DNA of 64,000 bases from Octopus vulgaris (Eukaryota): NCBI GenBank assembly GCA_951406725.2, contig OX597823.1, forward strand, positions 99,324,001 to 99,388,000. The letters run 5' to 3'. The position numbers and the translations under genes are program-made. Shown here piece by piece: positions 26,606 to 39,872 of this stretch (the first letter of the stretch is position 1; every line of letters starts with the position of its first letter). The notes beneath the pieces are model-generated. The model saw only the letters and a list, made by a program, of their open reading frames with translations. It had not been told where the DNA came from and made no database searches.

Positions 26606-29504
26606 TTGCCTATTTATAATTAAAAAAATAATAATAAACCACTGACAAAAAGTACTCAAATACCATCTGCGTGGAAAAGATTGAAGCTAAGCATCAAACT
26701 TGTTCAATGAGGAAAATAATGCACACAACATTAAATGTTATTAACTTTTTCAGTAATTTCCTTCTGGCCATTTTTAAAATTTGCTAATTTTCATGTCTAC
26801 TCCTGTACATTGTCCCCATTTAACGTCTATTTTCCATGGGTTTGATGGTTTGACAGGAATCCAAGTAGCTGTAGGGCCACATTAAGATTAATGTCAGCCT
26901 TGGTATGGCTTCAACAGCTGTACTCCCTTAAACCAACCAATTTACATAGTATATTAGGTGTTTCTTTCCATGCCCCTGGCACCAAAGAATTCAACTTATA
27001 AAAGAACAGAACGGTAAAAGGAAAGAGCCTCCTTGACTAAAAGATGGTTCCATATCAGATGTCTTGCTTTAGAGATAGAACTCTGCTTTGCATTATACAA
27101 GGGTAGGTGGGAGTAACTAGAAAGAAAACAAGTGCTGGAGACAGGACAGCAGAGCATCTAAAGACGCGAGGTGAGAGAGAGTAGTTTCATAAGAATGTGA
27201 AAAGAGATGAAGCGGGATATGATGAGCAAGATGGCAAGTAATAAGTATGGCGATGGGGTAAGCTGAGAGAAGTAGAAAAGCAGAGCAGACAGGAATGTTG
27301 CGAAAGATTGTAGGAATTGTGGTGTATAATAGCAAATCTGAGAGTATTGAGAATATGGCAGGTGGTGTTAAGAATGGAATATGGTAGTAGTAGAAAACAG
27401 GAAATGGTGTGTGAGTAGGGATGATATTCTGCACCTGTGTAAGTCTATTGAACCTACTCTCTAAATGGAATGGTCAGCAAAAGCTGGCTTGAAAGGGCAA
27501 CAGGAGATATTTAGATCTTTTTGGTTGGCTGGAAACTGCAAACAGCCATGAAATATATTTGCTTCCAACTTGGTAAATTTGCTTGTATTTCATAAGAAGT
27601 CCAAAGGATGTCATGAATTACTGTGAATATAATACAACTGAAGATTTTAAGACAAAAATATATTTTAGTAAATTTACAAATAGATTTAAATTCTGTTTTT
27701 TCTTTTTTGAGTCGATGAAATAGCAGCTGATTCCTCTTATTCACTTCTTGTAAAATGAAAGACTTCAATATAATAATAAAAAAAAAAGGGATGGTCATTA
27801 ATGGAACGTCTTTGATCTTGTTCAAGGTTGAGGCCAACTGTCAAGCATATTTTGTTTTCTATCCGATGATAGCTTTTAAAACATTTTTGCTTCTTTTACA
27901 GTGCAGATTTCCAAAACCAACATTAATATACAGCTGACAAAAATGAAACAGTAACTGAACATGTCAGAAAAACCAAATATCTTTTAATGCTCCTTTAAAC
28001 ATGTGGCTGTCTAAAACTTACCTTCATAACTTTCGTATTATGTACATAAATGAGGGACTTCTCAAATTTGTAGTCTAAGGGAAACAACTCTTCAAAAACT
28101 AAACTAAAATTTCCCGAAACCTGTAAATAGAGTAAATTTTGTAATTAATCGTATTAAACACTGATTTTTGTACTACCGAATATATTTTGGATAGTAGATT
28201 TAGTTTCTGTATCTTAAAATATAACTTTAAAAATGTGTATAAAATTAAAGCAATGATAAAATATTTCCATGTTTTAGATATTGCTGTAAAACGTGGTTTC
28301 ACAATTTTATTTTGATAAACTCGTTTATGCCAAGGAAAACCAGGTTTTCCTTTCAATAAATTTTATATCAATTTTCTTTTAGAGAATATCTTAGAAATGC
28401 TGACTGGAAATTTTCATCATTTAACGCCCGTTTTCCATGCTGACATGGGTCGGACGGTTTGACTGAAAATTGGTAAGCCAGGGAGCTGCACCAATAACTT
28501 TTTTGTATTCTGTCAATAGATGATTAAAAAAGTCATAAAAGAGACATTGCATCATCAAACTGCAATTATTAACAGCTACCATCAAATTTCCTCAAATTTA
28601 TTCAATCTTGATATGTTCCACTAGATCCATGGCTGTTTTATATCATCAAGGAATACCATCTCCTTTCAGACATTTTGTGTTCATAACAACTCCTGGCTAA
28701 AAAGTTGTTCTCTGAAAATAAAACTAACAGACATTCCTGTTTGAATCTGGAAGAATGTAGTAAGAAATAAATGGATGTTGTTGTTCTGTGTGCATCTCAT
28801 GAATTATTTCCTTCAACTAAAGAAAATTATCAGCTAAAATAGTTGTACACTTTGAGTATATTTTCAGTTTAAAATTGCAGTTTTCATGTTGCAAGTTTTG
28901 TTGCATTAATCAAAATATATCAGCAGAAATAATGTTGTTTTGACCGGTTTTTGACAAACACCAAATCACTGATTGCTTATAAAATATTTACAGAACTGTA
29001 AAACACAATGCTGCTTAGCAAATCTCAGGAAACACACAGGCTGTTCATTCTTTCCTTGCATTGTCAGCAGCTGATGCAGACACTTTATTCAGATGTGATG
29101 TCTGTGGTTAAGAAGCTAATTTAGTTTGATCTTTCATAATTGTCAAACCACACCTCACACTCTTCTCAAAATGAAAATCTCAAGAATTAAATCTTTTGTC
29201 TCAAACATCAGTTGCAAGTGAAAACATTATTATTCAAGATAATCCACATACTTTAGTTTTCCTAAATCACATTCTTTGTGATTGCTTTATTCTTTTGTTT
29301 CAGTCATATGACTGCGGCCATGCTGGAGCACCGCCTTTAGTTGAGCAGATCAACCCCAGAACTTATTCTTTGTAAGCCTAGTACTTATTCTATTGGTCTC
29401 TTTTTGCCGAACCGCTAAGTTACGGGGACGTAAACACACCAGCATAGGTTGTCAAGCAATGTTGGAGGGACAAGCACAGACACACAAACATATATATATA
29501 TTAC

Positions 29505-31735
29505 TGCAGAGATACTCAAAATATCTGGCAGTGTCAGCTATAGCCTAGTCACCCGTATAGTTAACCAGGTGATACACGAAGGAGTCATACCCAATGACTA
29601 GTGTAGCAGCATAATAGTCAACTGCTACAAAGGTAAAGGTGACGCCTTAGATACAAATAATTACAGAGGTATCAAGTAATGAAGGTCACGGAGAGGGTCA
29701 TAGCCCAACTAATTAGAGAGAGTCAGTTTAGATGAAATGCAGTTTGGGTTCGTGCCAGGGAAAAGCACCACTGATGCTATATTCCTGGTATTCAGCTGCA
29801 AGAGAAATACCTAGCCAAAGATAAACCTCTGTACCTGGCTTTCGTTGACATGGAGAAAGCCTTTGACAGGGTCCCCCGATTCCTTATCTGATGGTCAATG
29901 AGGAAACTAGGGATAGATGAATGGTTAGTGAGAGCCGCGCGAGCCATGTACAGGGATGCTGTTAGTAAGGTGAGGGTTGGCAACGAGTACAGTGAAGAAT
30001 TTCGGGTAGAGGTAGGAGTCCACCAAGGTTCAGTCCTCAGCTCTCTCCTATTCATCATAGCCCTCCAGGCAATAACAGATGAATTCAAGACTGCATGCCC
30101 CTGGGGGCTCCTCTATGCTAACGACCTTGCTCTAATTGCTGAGTCACTATCAGAACTGGAGGGGACGTTTCAGGTGTGGAAGCAAGGATTAGAATCGAAC
30201 GGCCTTAGAGTCAACCTAGCTAAAACCAAAGTCCTAATAAGTAGGAAGTTAGACAAACCACAAACGCTTTCAGGTAGATGGCCCTGCTCAATCTGTAATG
30301 GTGTAGGTAGAAACTCTATAAGATGTACCCAGTGTAAGTTATGGACACATAAGAGGTGCAGCAATGTCAAAGGAAGGCTAACTGGGAAGATAGTTTTTGT
30401 ATGTGGCAGATGCTCAGGAGCAATAAACACTGAAAATCTGCAGAAAACAACTTCCATCACTTTCCAGGGAGAAAAACTAGAAGTAGTTGATAGCTTCCGT
30501 TACCTAGGTGACCAAGTCAGTAGCGGGGGGTGGGTGTGCTGAAAGTGTAACTGCTAGAATAAGAATAGCCTGGGAAAAGTTCAGGGAGCTCTTACCTCTG
30601 CTGGTGACAAAAGGCCTCTTGCTCAGAGTAAAAGGCAGACTGTATGACGCATGTATACGAACAGCCATGCTACATGGCAGTGAAACATGGGCCGTGACTG
30701 CTGAGGACATGTGTAAGCTCACGAGGAATGAAGCCAGTATGCTCCGATGGATGTGTAATGTCAGTGTACATACTCGACAGAGTGTAAGTACCTTGAGAGA
30801 AAAGTTGGACCTAAGAAGCATCAGCTGTGGTGTGCAAGAGAGACGATTGCGCTGATATGGTCGTGTGGCAAGAATGGATGAAGATAGGTGTGTGAAAAAG
30901 TGCCAATCCCTAGCAGTTGAGGGAACCCGTGGAAGAGGTAGACCCAGGAAAATCTGGGACGACGTGGTGAAGCACAACCTTCGAACATTAGGCCTCACCG
31001 AGGCAATGACTAGTGACCGAGACCTTTGGAAATATGCTGTGTGTGAGAAGACCTGGCAGGACAAGTGAGTCCATCCCGTGTCCCTTGCCAGGGATGTAGC
31101 CAGCCCACTTATGCATGCCTTTCCTTCATTGGACACGCGAAGACCTATTGAGGCAAGTGAAGTCGAAATCGAACCTTATCCAACGACTGGCACCCATGCC
31201 AACCTCCCTTCATTGGACACTAGACTCTGCTTGTGAAGACCTGTTGGGGCAAGTGAAATCGGAATTGAAATTGAACCAATCCTATGACTGGCACCCAGCA
31301 GTTGCCAGTGCCGCTGGACTGACTCCTGTGCAAGTGGCAAGTAAAGAAACACCGTTTCGATCCTGTGCTTGAGGAGACCTATTGAATCAAGTACACCAAC
31401 ATCAAAAATCAATGGAAATTGTAGTTTTGATCCCTGTGCCGGTGGCACGTAAAAAGCACCATCCGAACGTGGCCGATTCCAGCACCGCCTTGACTGGCTT
31501 CCGTGTCGGTGGCACGTAAAAAGCACCAATTCGATCGTGGCCGTTGCCAGCCTCCCCTGGCACGTTAAAAGCACCCACTACACTCACGGAGTGGTTGGCA
31601 TTAGGAAGGGCATCCAGCTGTAGAAATACTGCCAGATCAGACTGGAGCCTGGTGCAGCCTTCTGGCTTCCCAGACCCCGGTCAAACTGTCCTGCCCATGC
31701 TAGCATGGAAAACGGATGTTTAAAGGATGATGATG
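29505..31735 (+). mobile_element. 5'-truncated RTE-clade LINE with 3' UTR and (GAT)n tail
   Basis: QFGFVPGKSTTDA, AFVDMEKAFDRVPR, GVHQGSVLS, LLYAND, SFRYLG, MLHGSETW, RGRGRPRKIW; stops and frameshifts. Confidence 0.92.
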
Positions 31736-33212
31736 ATATACGACGGGCTTCTTTGGGTTTCCGTCTACCAAATCCACTCACAAGGCTATAGTAGAAGACA
31801 CTTGCCCAAGGTGCTACGCAGTGGGACTGAACCCGGGACCATGTGGTTGGTAAGCAAGCTGTGTATTTTTATGTAAACTTCCACTCCACAGTGAACACTT
31901 CTGTATGTCTGATGCTTCATAACCTGATACACACTTTTCAGTTCTACAGCCAAGATTTTTATCATCTTAAATTGATTAAATCAGAGGGGAAATGCTGACA
32001 TATCAGTTAACTGCATGATTGCACGTTGTTCAGCTGCATTTTTTCAAAATAACAGGGCAGTGCACTGAAAAATGGCAATTTCCAACAACCAGAATACGCC
32101 CTTAACTAATTAGAGACGCGGTATTATTTTGTTGCTGTTTCCATTAGCTTATGGTACTGTAATTTAATAAATTTAACTTCCAGATGAATTTGTCGTACTC
32201 CTTACGTTTTTATGCTCATAACGATGTTGATTTCTATTCCTCGTACAAAGACAATTTTTTACCGGTGTTCCAGTATACATCAACCAACTGGTACATTATT
32301 TTTTTTTTGTACATGTATGTATACGACGGACTTCTTTCAGGTACTAGTCGCGTAGACTGGACCCGGTGCGCGCATCCGCGCTAGCCAGTCGATCCTACAG
32401 CGACTTGACTATGCAAATGAGCTGATTGGCGCAACACTGCAAAAACTAAGTTAATAGCGAGCCCCTACTGAAGCTTAGGAAATATTTTTCAACGATATAC
32501 GGTGTATATTATTTTAAAGACAATTGTGTTTTTTTTTCGTTACAAAACAATTAGAAGCATTGAAAAAAAAGCAAAACAACCTTAAGGACAGTCAAACATT
32601 TTTTTTCAAAGTAGACCACTCAAGGCTTTGGTCGGCCCGAGGCTATAGTAGGACACTTGCCCAAGGTGCCACGCAGTGGAACTGAACCCGGAACCGGGTG
32701 GTACTACTTAAGGCGCTAGCTAGCTGTGACTAGTCGATCCTAAGACTACCTGGCAAAGTAAATAAAACACTAAATATACGCTAAATATACAAAGCGATCG
32801 TATATTTAGCTGTTATGTTGGTGTTCATCCTCACCAGTTAATCACCATATGCTTATTTTAAACAATGTAGTCGGTTCGTTTTCCAAATAAAATCTTACAT
32901 TTTATACTGTTACTATTACTACTACTACTACTACTACTTCTTATCCATCATAAAAACCTATAGCATAAAGCTGTTAGTGCAAAATGCAATATCTTACCAA
33001 CCATTTCTATATTTTTAACCGCACCAACTATATCAAATATTACCACAGTTACCAACATAGCAGCCAAATCGTATCCTAAGATAAGAAACGGACATTATAT
33101 GATTCTCTTCCTACATACAACTACGAAAGCGGGATAGTGGATTTGACCCGGAATTAAATTATATTTTAAAAATTTATTATTGAATATCAGGTTATAAACG
33201 AAATTTTTTTTA

Positions 33213-33652
33213 TATTCGCGGGCGATCTTTCGTCTCTAGTAGACCTTTCCGTCGATTTCCGTAAAAAAATTTTTTTTTTTTACATATGGGCTTGAGGGAA
33301 CTTTTGAAGTAATATACATACATATACACATACACCGAGTAAAAAATTTCAGTTATCTCTTTCTTTCACACATTACTCTGTCTCTTCACACACACTAACA
33401 GAAGCACTTCACTTACACAACATACTGTCTGTCTCCCACACCCCATCAAACACACACACACACACACATGTACATCAATGCTTCACATGCACGGTAACTT
33501 CAAAAGAATTTCCCTCGTCATACAATCGCTTTCTCTTAGTCTCTTTCGCTCTCATTACTTCAAATGTTCCCGCAAACCCATATGTAAAAAAAAATTTTTT
33601 TTACGGAAATCGACGGAAAGGTCTACTAGAGACGAAAGATTGCCTATTCGCG
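33213..33652. repeat. Inverted repeat pair (about 100-bp arms), probable MITE
   Basis: ATCTTTCGTCTCTAGTAGACCTTTCCGTCGATTTCCGTAAAAAAA.. at 33226 and its reverse complement near 33595-33640. Confidence 0.75.
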
Positions 33653-33919
33653 GTATGAAATTATTGATAAAATTTTTCTATATTTCTTATATAGTGCAAC
33701 TTAAATCACATCTTCCTAATAGAAGCATGAAAAAGAATAACCTAAATCGTCATGTTTTCGAATTAAGCGCCTTGCGATTTCATTGGCTGAAATTGAAAGT
33801 TACATGACGATTCTCTAGGAGTTCGCTGCTGGAGCCAACTGTAGAATATTTAAAGGAAGACGGAAGGTTATTTTTTTAGCGAGTCTGTTGATTACACATA
33901 ACTGTTGTAACTTGTCACT

Positions 33920-34309
33920 ATGTCAGGCCGTGGTAAAGTAAAGGGAAAGAGCAAGACCCGTGCCGGGCTTCAGTTCCCCGTCGGTCGTATCCATCGTTTT
34001 CTCCGTAAGGGAAACTATGCTCAACGTGTTGGTGCCGGAACCCCAGTCTACTTGGCCGCTGTGGTGTTGGAATTGGCAGGAAATGGTGCCAGAGACAACA
34101 AGAAATCAAGAATTATTCCCCGTCACTTGCAGTTGGCCATCCGTAACGACGAAGAATTGAACAAACTTTTGTCTGGAGTGACCATCGCCCAGGGTGGTGT
34201 TCTTCCCAACATCCAAGCTGTCCTTCTCCCCAAGAAGGCCAACAATACAGTAAATGAACTGATTTTCAACAAGAAACGGCCCTTTTTAGGGCCACTACAT
34301 CTTACGTAA
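33920..34309 (+). pseudogene. H2A: Histone H2A copy with three in-frame deletions and read-through C-terminus
   Basis: Lacks GGK, RSS and MEYLAAE; ORF runs through the stem-loop GGCCCTTTTTAGGGCC at 34278-34293. Confidence 0.8.
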
Positions 34310-35281
34310 AGTTATCTCTTGACTGTCAATTGCAGTTGTTATATTGAAGCCTATTCTATGGTTGGTATAAAATGCTATGTGTATCTTTATTCATTTGGAT
34401 ATTTCGAATATTTTTTTAAATCTGCATTCGGTGTTCCCTTTTCAGATGACATTTCAATCCCTCACTTCGGTCAATATAAGTCTCCTCACCTGTTAACGGA
34501 AATAACAAAAAGCCCAGCCCTCTAGGTGTTAACAGTAGGAAACAAATATGAAAACAAAAAATTGCATAAACGATTCACAAGATCCGATTTTTCCCCCGGC
34601 CATGGAGAATCTGAAAAAAATTGTAAAATTCCAATTTTTTAAAGAGACTTAATTCAAGCAGGCTATCCAGATGCTAGAAATAACAGCCAAATCTCACAAA
34701 ACTGCAATAACATAAGGAAAGAAATGCGTAATCAATCTACTCACCTTTCTGCAAAGATCTCTTTCCCGTAGTAATATGACAAAGTAATTTATGTGAAATT
34801 AATGTGTTATTTGGCTGTTATTTCGGCAGAGGTAAGGACTGCGGAGATTCCGAATCTGCAAAGAAAAAGAATCGACATTTCAAAATTTTAATTCCCTCCC
34901 TGTCCGCCAATTTTTCACTTTTTTAGATCTTACCTTTGGCGAAATACGGAGATTATGATCGTGAAAAAAAAAAAAACAATTTGTAAAATTTAAATTTTTA
35001 AAAAATAAACACCCCTTCCCCTCCGTATATGTGACAAAGTGAACATGCTGTGGTTGAAGGTCCTTTGGAATTAAGATTATTTTTTTCTGTAGTTTCCGCT
35101 GAGAGCTGCGGCCATTCTGTGATGCACCGCCGTTATGTAAAAGTTAGCATTTTTGCACACACGTGAACACAAAATGACATTTAAACATTTTTTGTTTTAG
35201 TAATTCGTACTTCGAAAGTGGCTGTTGATCTTGCCCTTCTCCACTCCTCTAGCAAAGAAAAAGGGGAAGGGTAATTAAAAC

Positions 35282-35801
35282 GGTTAATATCTAGATCCGC
35301 ACCCGGTGGGAAAAATGAGATCCGCACCCGGTGGGAAAAATGGAAACGAAAATGTGTAACAGTTGTAAGGCATCGTATATTGACGGAATAAGACGGGAAA
35401 AAAGCGCGCTGACAAACGGGGGGGGGGGGGGCTCGGGAAATTCCCAGGATCAACCGTAGAGGCAAAAATGGAAAAAAATATGTGTAACAGGTGTTTAAAC
35501 GCATTTCACACACATAGCCCAATGTCATAATTCAAAACTAACGCAGCGAAAATTTTGAAAAGTTCCCCCAGTTCTGAAAAAAATCGATAAATTCGACATG
35601 GGGTCGCGAATCAGAAACACAATGGTGAAAATTGATGGTAAATTTTTCTTTAAATCGTAGGCAATTTTCCGAGCCCCCTCCCCCCCCCCCGTTTGTCAGC
35701 GCGCTTTTTTTTCGTCATATTCCTTCAATATACGATGCCTTACAACTGTTACACATTTTCGTTTCCATTTTTCCCACCGGGTGCGGATCTAGATATTAAC
35801 C
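35282..35801. repeat. Inverted repeat pair around a Helitron fragment; same unit tandemly repeated at about 43515-43825
   Basis: GGTTAATATCTAGATCCGCACCCGGTGGGAAAAATG.. and its reverse complement ending near 35801. Confidence 0.75.
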
Positions 35802-36455
35802 ATTAAAACTTTGAAAACGTGATTCGTCGTTTGGCTGATGTTTCTAGCATGTCGAGTTTTGTTGATACGTTTGCTACTTTAGGAGGGGAGGGGTGTTTAT
35901 TTACTTGAGAAATTGAAATTTTACAAAATTAATTTGTCAGACTCATAATCTCCGTACTTCGCCGAAAAACTGGGGTGCGGAAATTAACTTTGAAATGTCG
36001 ATTCTTTTTGCAGATTCGAAACCTCCGCAGTAGACAAGGTTGGGGTTTCCATAGAAACTGTCCCCACCTCCCAAATAACCAAAAGTGGGTGCGGTCTGTC
36101 CTTGCCTCCGCCGTTATTTCTATCATGTGGATAGCCTGCTTAGAGAGGGTGTTGGGTTTATTTTATCCCAATATATCCATTTTCCCAAGTTACGAGGGAA
36201 AAATCGGATCCTGTTCATTTTACGAAAGTCCTCCCTAAGTTCGTTTGCGCAAAGTTGTCTCAAATTACACCCAGCAAGCCGGTATATTTGTTTTCAATAA
36301 GTACTTTTCTTCACTAAAATAATATCTTTTAATGAACAAGGGACCATCCTAACCCAACAGTTTCATGGAAATAAACCTTAGTTTATTTTAAATGCAGGAT
36401 GTTAATATAATTACATATATGTTAACATATACAATGACTCCTAAATAGTACTTTA

Positions 36456-36632
<177 letters not shown>

Positions 36633-37015
36633 CTAGCACATCGCACGTCCACCTGATACCTTCCTCGTTATTTCTCACTGTATTGATGATTCCTAATATC
36701 TTAAAATTTACAACCCGCTCCGTCGTCGAACAAAGGCTTGCATCTTACTTTTTCATTTATTTACCTATACCTTATCTGTTTATTTAATCTCTCTACACGG
36801 AACTTCCATCTTCTAAAATAATCCGCTGAAAAAAAAAAAGTATCGATAACGTAGGAGTAACATTTGAAAACTTAGGGGAAGGGTAGATTGAGGTGGACAA
36901 TGTAAATTTGGGGGAGGGCTCCTTTAAAACTTAATGGGGAGATAAATTAGAAAGGATTTAAAAAACAAAAATCGCAATCAAACAGTCGAAAGAAAACAAT
37001 ACACAAAGTGTGAGA

Positions 37016-37031
37016 GGCCCTGAAAAGGACC
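37016..37031 (-). terminator. Histone mRNA 3' stem-loop (H2A)
   Basis: GGTCCTTTTCAGGGCC. Confidence 0.9.
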
Positions 37032-37072
37032 GTTGATATGGATAAAGCACAAATGCCTCCGTAATAAGTAAT

Positions 37073-37450
37073 TTACTTGGCTGCCTTCTGAGTCTTCTTG
37101 GGGAGAAGGACAGCTTGGATGTTGGGAAGAACACCACCCTGGGCGATGGTCACTCCTGACAAAAGCTTGTTCAATTCTTCGTCGTTACGGATGGCCAACT
37201 GCAAGTGACGGGGAATAATTCTTGATTTCTTGTTGTCTCTGGCAGCATTTCCTGCCAATTCCAACACCTCAGCAGCCAAATATTCCATCACAGCGGCCAA
37301 GTAGACTGGGGCTCCGGCACCAACACGTTGAGCATAGTTCCCCTTACGGAGAAGACGATGGATACGACCGACGGGAAACTGAAGCCCGGCGCGGGATGAG
37401 CGGGTCTTGCTCTTTCCCTTTACTTTACCTCCTTTACCGCGTCCAGACAT
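37073..37450 (-). CDS. H2A: Histone H2A, canonical, 125 aa
   Basis: [40 protein letters not shown]; true ATG is 37450, not the ORF-track upstream start. Confidence 0.98.
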   Translation of the reverse strand: MSGRGKGGKVKGKSKTRSSRAGLQFPVGRIHRLLRKGNYAQRVGAGAPVYLAAVMEYLAAEVLELAGNAARDNKKSRIIPRHLQLAIRNDEELNKLLSGVTIAQGGVLPNIQAVLLPKKTQKAAK

Positions 37451-37932
37451 ATTCAAAGATTGGCAGTAGCTTTCAGCAAAATACTCCAAATGATATTTCT
37501 TTGGGCTTCTTTTGCCTTTAAATACAAGTTAGGAGGCTCCAGCAGTCACAAGCTGCTAAGCGAAAACGAGCGCGGGCTCATGTCACGTGATTAGGCTGCT
37601 GTCAAAATCCACCAATGAAATTGAAAGGCGCGCAATGCCAGCTAGTTGCTTCGCTGAGCCTTCTTGTCAATTATAGAGTAGGCAAGCAGTAATTTCACTT
37701 GTACCCTGGCAGTTTTTTCTAGCGGTGTCATATGAAACTGTCACCCTAGTATCGATCTATTGCATTTCAATCTGTTTTAGGTGTGGGGGGAAGGGTATCT
37801 TTTTTTTCTTTACAAATGTAAATAAACCCAATCTGTTTCTTAAACGAGGGACATTCATACGGCACAATGTTTTTTTTTTTTTACCTCAGTGGACGTCAGT
37901 GATTGGTTGAAATTGCAGAAAAAAACAAATAT

Positions 37933-38174
37933 ATTTGTCCGAAATCTGAATTTCGTGGTAATGGGGAAAAACATAAATCAAAACATTAGAATTTATTTTT
38001 GTAGGCTGTTAAAAAGTACCAAGATTCCTTCCCAATCACTTGCTTCTAACCAGTTAACTGAAAGAATTCTTCCGGGTGATAGATATGCAAGTTACGAGTA
38101 CAAAGAATTTGGGTGTAGTAAACATCTAAAATGCATGTTAAATAACCATTTCAGAAAGTGGAGAAATCAACCGG
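37933..38174. repeat. Inverted duplicate of 41212-41477
   Basis: Same sequence on the opposite strand apart from a 24-nt indel and rare substitutions. Confidence 0.88.
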
Positions 38175-38311
38175 GTGGAGACCTAGCATGCATTATGGCA
38201 AATGTGGCATTGTAAGACGGGAAAGGTCAGTAATGGTGAACGGACGTAATTCTAATCAAAAGTAAAATCGCAAATCAGAAAGTCGAAAGTAACAATCGTG
38301 AGAAGATGGGT

Positions 38312-38327
38312 GGTCCTGAAAAGGACC
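38312..38327 (-). terminator. Histone mRNA 3' stem-loop (H2B)
   Basis: GGTCCTTTTCAGGACC. Confidence 0.92.
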
Positions 38328-38357
38328 GTTATTCGCTGAGCAAAGAACTAAGTAGAT

Positions 38358-38735
38358 TTACTTGCTGCTGGTGTATTTGATGACAGCGTTGGTACCCTCA
38401 GAGACTGCGTTTTTGACCAACTCTCCAGGGAGGAGAAGACGGACAGCAGTCTGAACCTCACGGCTACTGATGGTCGAACGTTTGTTGTAGTGAGCCAAAC
38501 GGCTGGCTTCTGAGGCTATTCTTTCGAACAAATCGTTGACAAAACTGTTCATGATGGACATAGCTTTGCTGGAGATGCCAGTGTCGGGGTGGACTTGTTT
38601 CATTACTTTGTAGATGTAGATGGAATAACTTTCCTTCCTCTTCTTCTTTCGTTTCTTGTCGCCGGCAGGGCGAGAGACCTTGGCCTTGGAAGCCTTCTTG
38701 GCTCCTTTCGAAGCAGTTACTGGCGCTGGTGGCAT
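38358..38735 (-). CDS. H2B: Histone H2B, intact ORF with divergent C-terminal helix and displaced promoter (possibly non-functional)
   Basis: [26 protein letters not shown].. core; ends [20 protein letters not shown]; LINE 3' end 10 nt upstream of ATG. Confidence 0.88.
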   Translation of the reverse strand: MPPAPVTASKGAKKASKAKVSRPAGDKKRKKKRKESYSIYIYKVMKQVHPDTGISSKAMSIMNSFVNDLFERIASEASRLAHYNKRSTISSREVQTAVRLLLPGELVKNAVSEGTNAVIKYTSSK

Positions 38736-39872
38736 AATTTCAAAATTTCTTTATTATCCATACGGATTAACACAGATGGGGTCAACATGGGACTGTTTAC
38801 AATAAAATCGGGTGGGTTATTTACAATGAGATGAATTTACAATGAAAATTAAATAAGGACAAATAAACAAATGAAGATAAAAGAACAGGATAGCCGACCC
38901 CACGAGCCCTGTTATTTCAGCTGAAACCTTTTGGTAGGTGATCATGGCGTGTTCATGCAGGGCCTTTCACACCCAGCATCCGTGCTACACGCATCCATCT
39001 TTTTTTGAATATAGACTCTGTCAGACACCTTTTCTCTAGCTCCAACTTTTGGTGGTAGAGAAACCTGGTTTCGTCGCAGACTAAGATCGAATAAGTGGTA
39101 TTCGGAGTGCCGAAAGGCTCTCCTACGCTTCCGCAGCTCGGGCAATGCCGGTGGCTTTGGTACTACCGCAGGTTGGTAGAGGCCGGAAATGACGATACCC
39201 TGGGAAGAACCCTGGGTCTCGATGGTAATCAGTTGGACAGCCTGTTCCAAAGGACTTTCAATTTTAAAGATTGACTCAGGTGACAGCTGCACTCTTCCCT
39301 CGTCCGACAACAGGTGTTCGGCATAAACCCACACTTCCGAAATTTCCGGACATTGAACAATGGCGTGCAGGACTGTTTACACATCCTGCCCGCATCTTGG
39401 ACAGGCCGAAGGTCCACTGTGACCATGCCTTGTGAGTTTATCTCGAATGGGTAAGGCTCCTCTGTAACACTGCCAGGCCAGGGATTTCTGAAAGTTATCC
39501 AGCGTCCCCGGCCTGAAAGTCCTTTGGAACAGGCTGTCCAACTGATTACCATCGAGACCCAGGGTTCTTCCCAGGGTATCGTCATTTCCGGCCTCTACCA
39601 ACCTGCGGTAGTACCAAAGCCACCGGCATTGCCCGAGCTGCGAAAGCGTAGGAGAGCCTTTCGGCACTCCGAATACCACTTACTCGATCTTAGTCTGCGA
39701 CGAAACCAGGTTTCTCTACCACTGAAGCTGGCGAACGACTGTTTTGCGAGCGGGGACCACACCCGATCACCTTCCAGGTGGAGCCAAAGATGCATCAATA
39801 GCCAAGGCATCTCTAACCCACCCTTTAACGGCTTTTGACAGCAGATAGATCGTCTCACAAGAGGATTGGAAC

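Noticed and set aside
37451-37489. N-terminal extension [13 protein letters not shown] on H2A (also 42471-42509)
   Set aside because: Starts at TTG in the 5' UTR region; the canonical MSGRGK ATG follows
37889-38215. 108-aa ORF with a near-identical partner at 40994-41455
   Set aside because: Explained by the inverted duplication fused to MITE or Tx1 sequence; no recognisable domain
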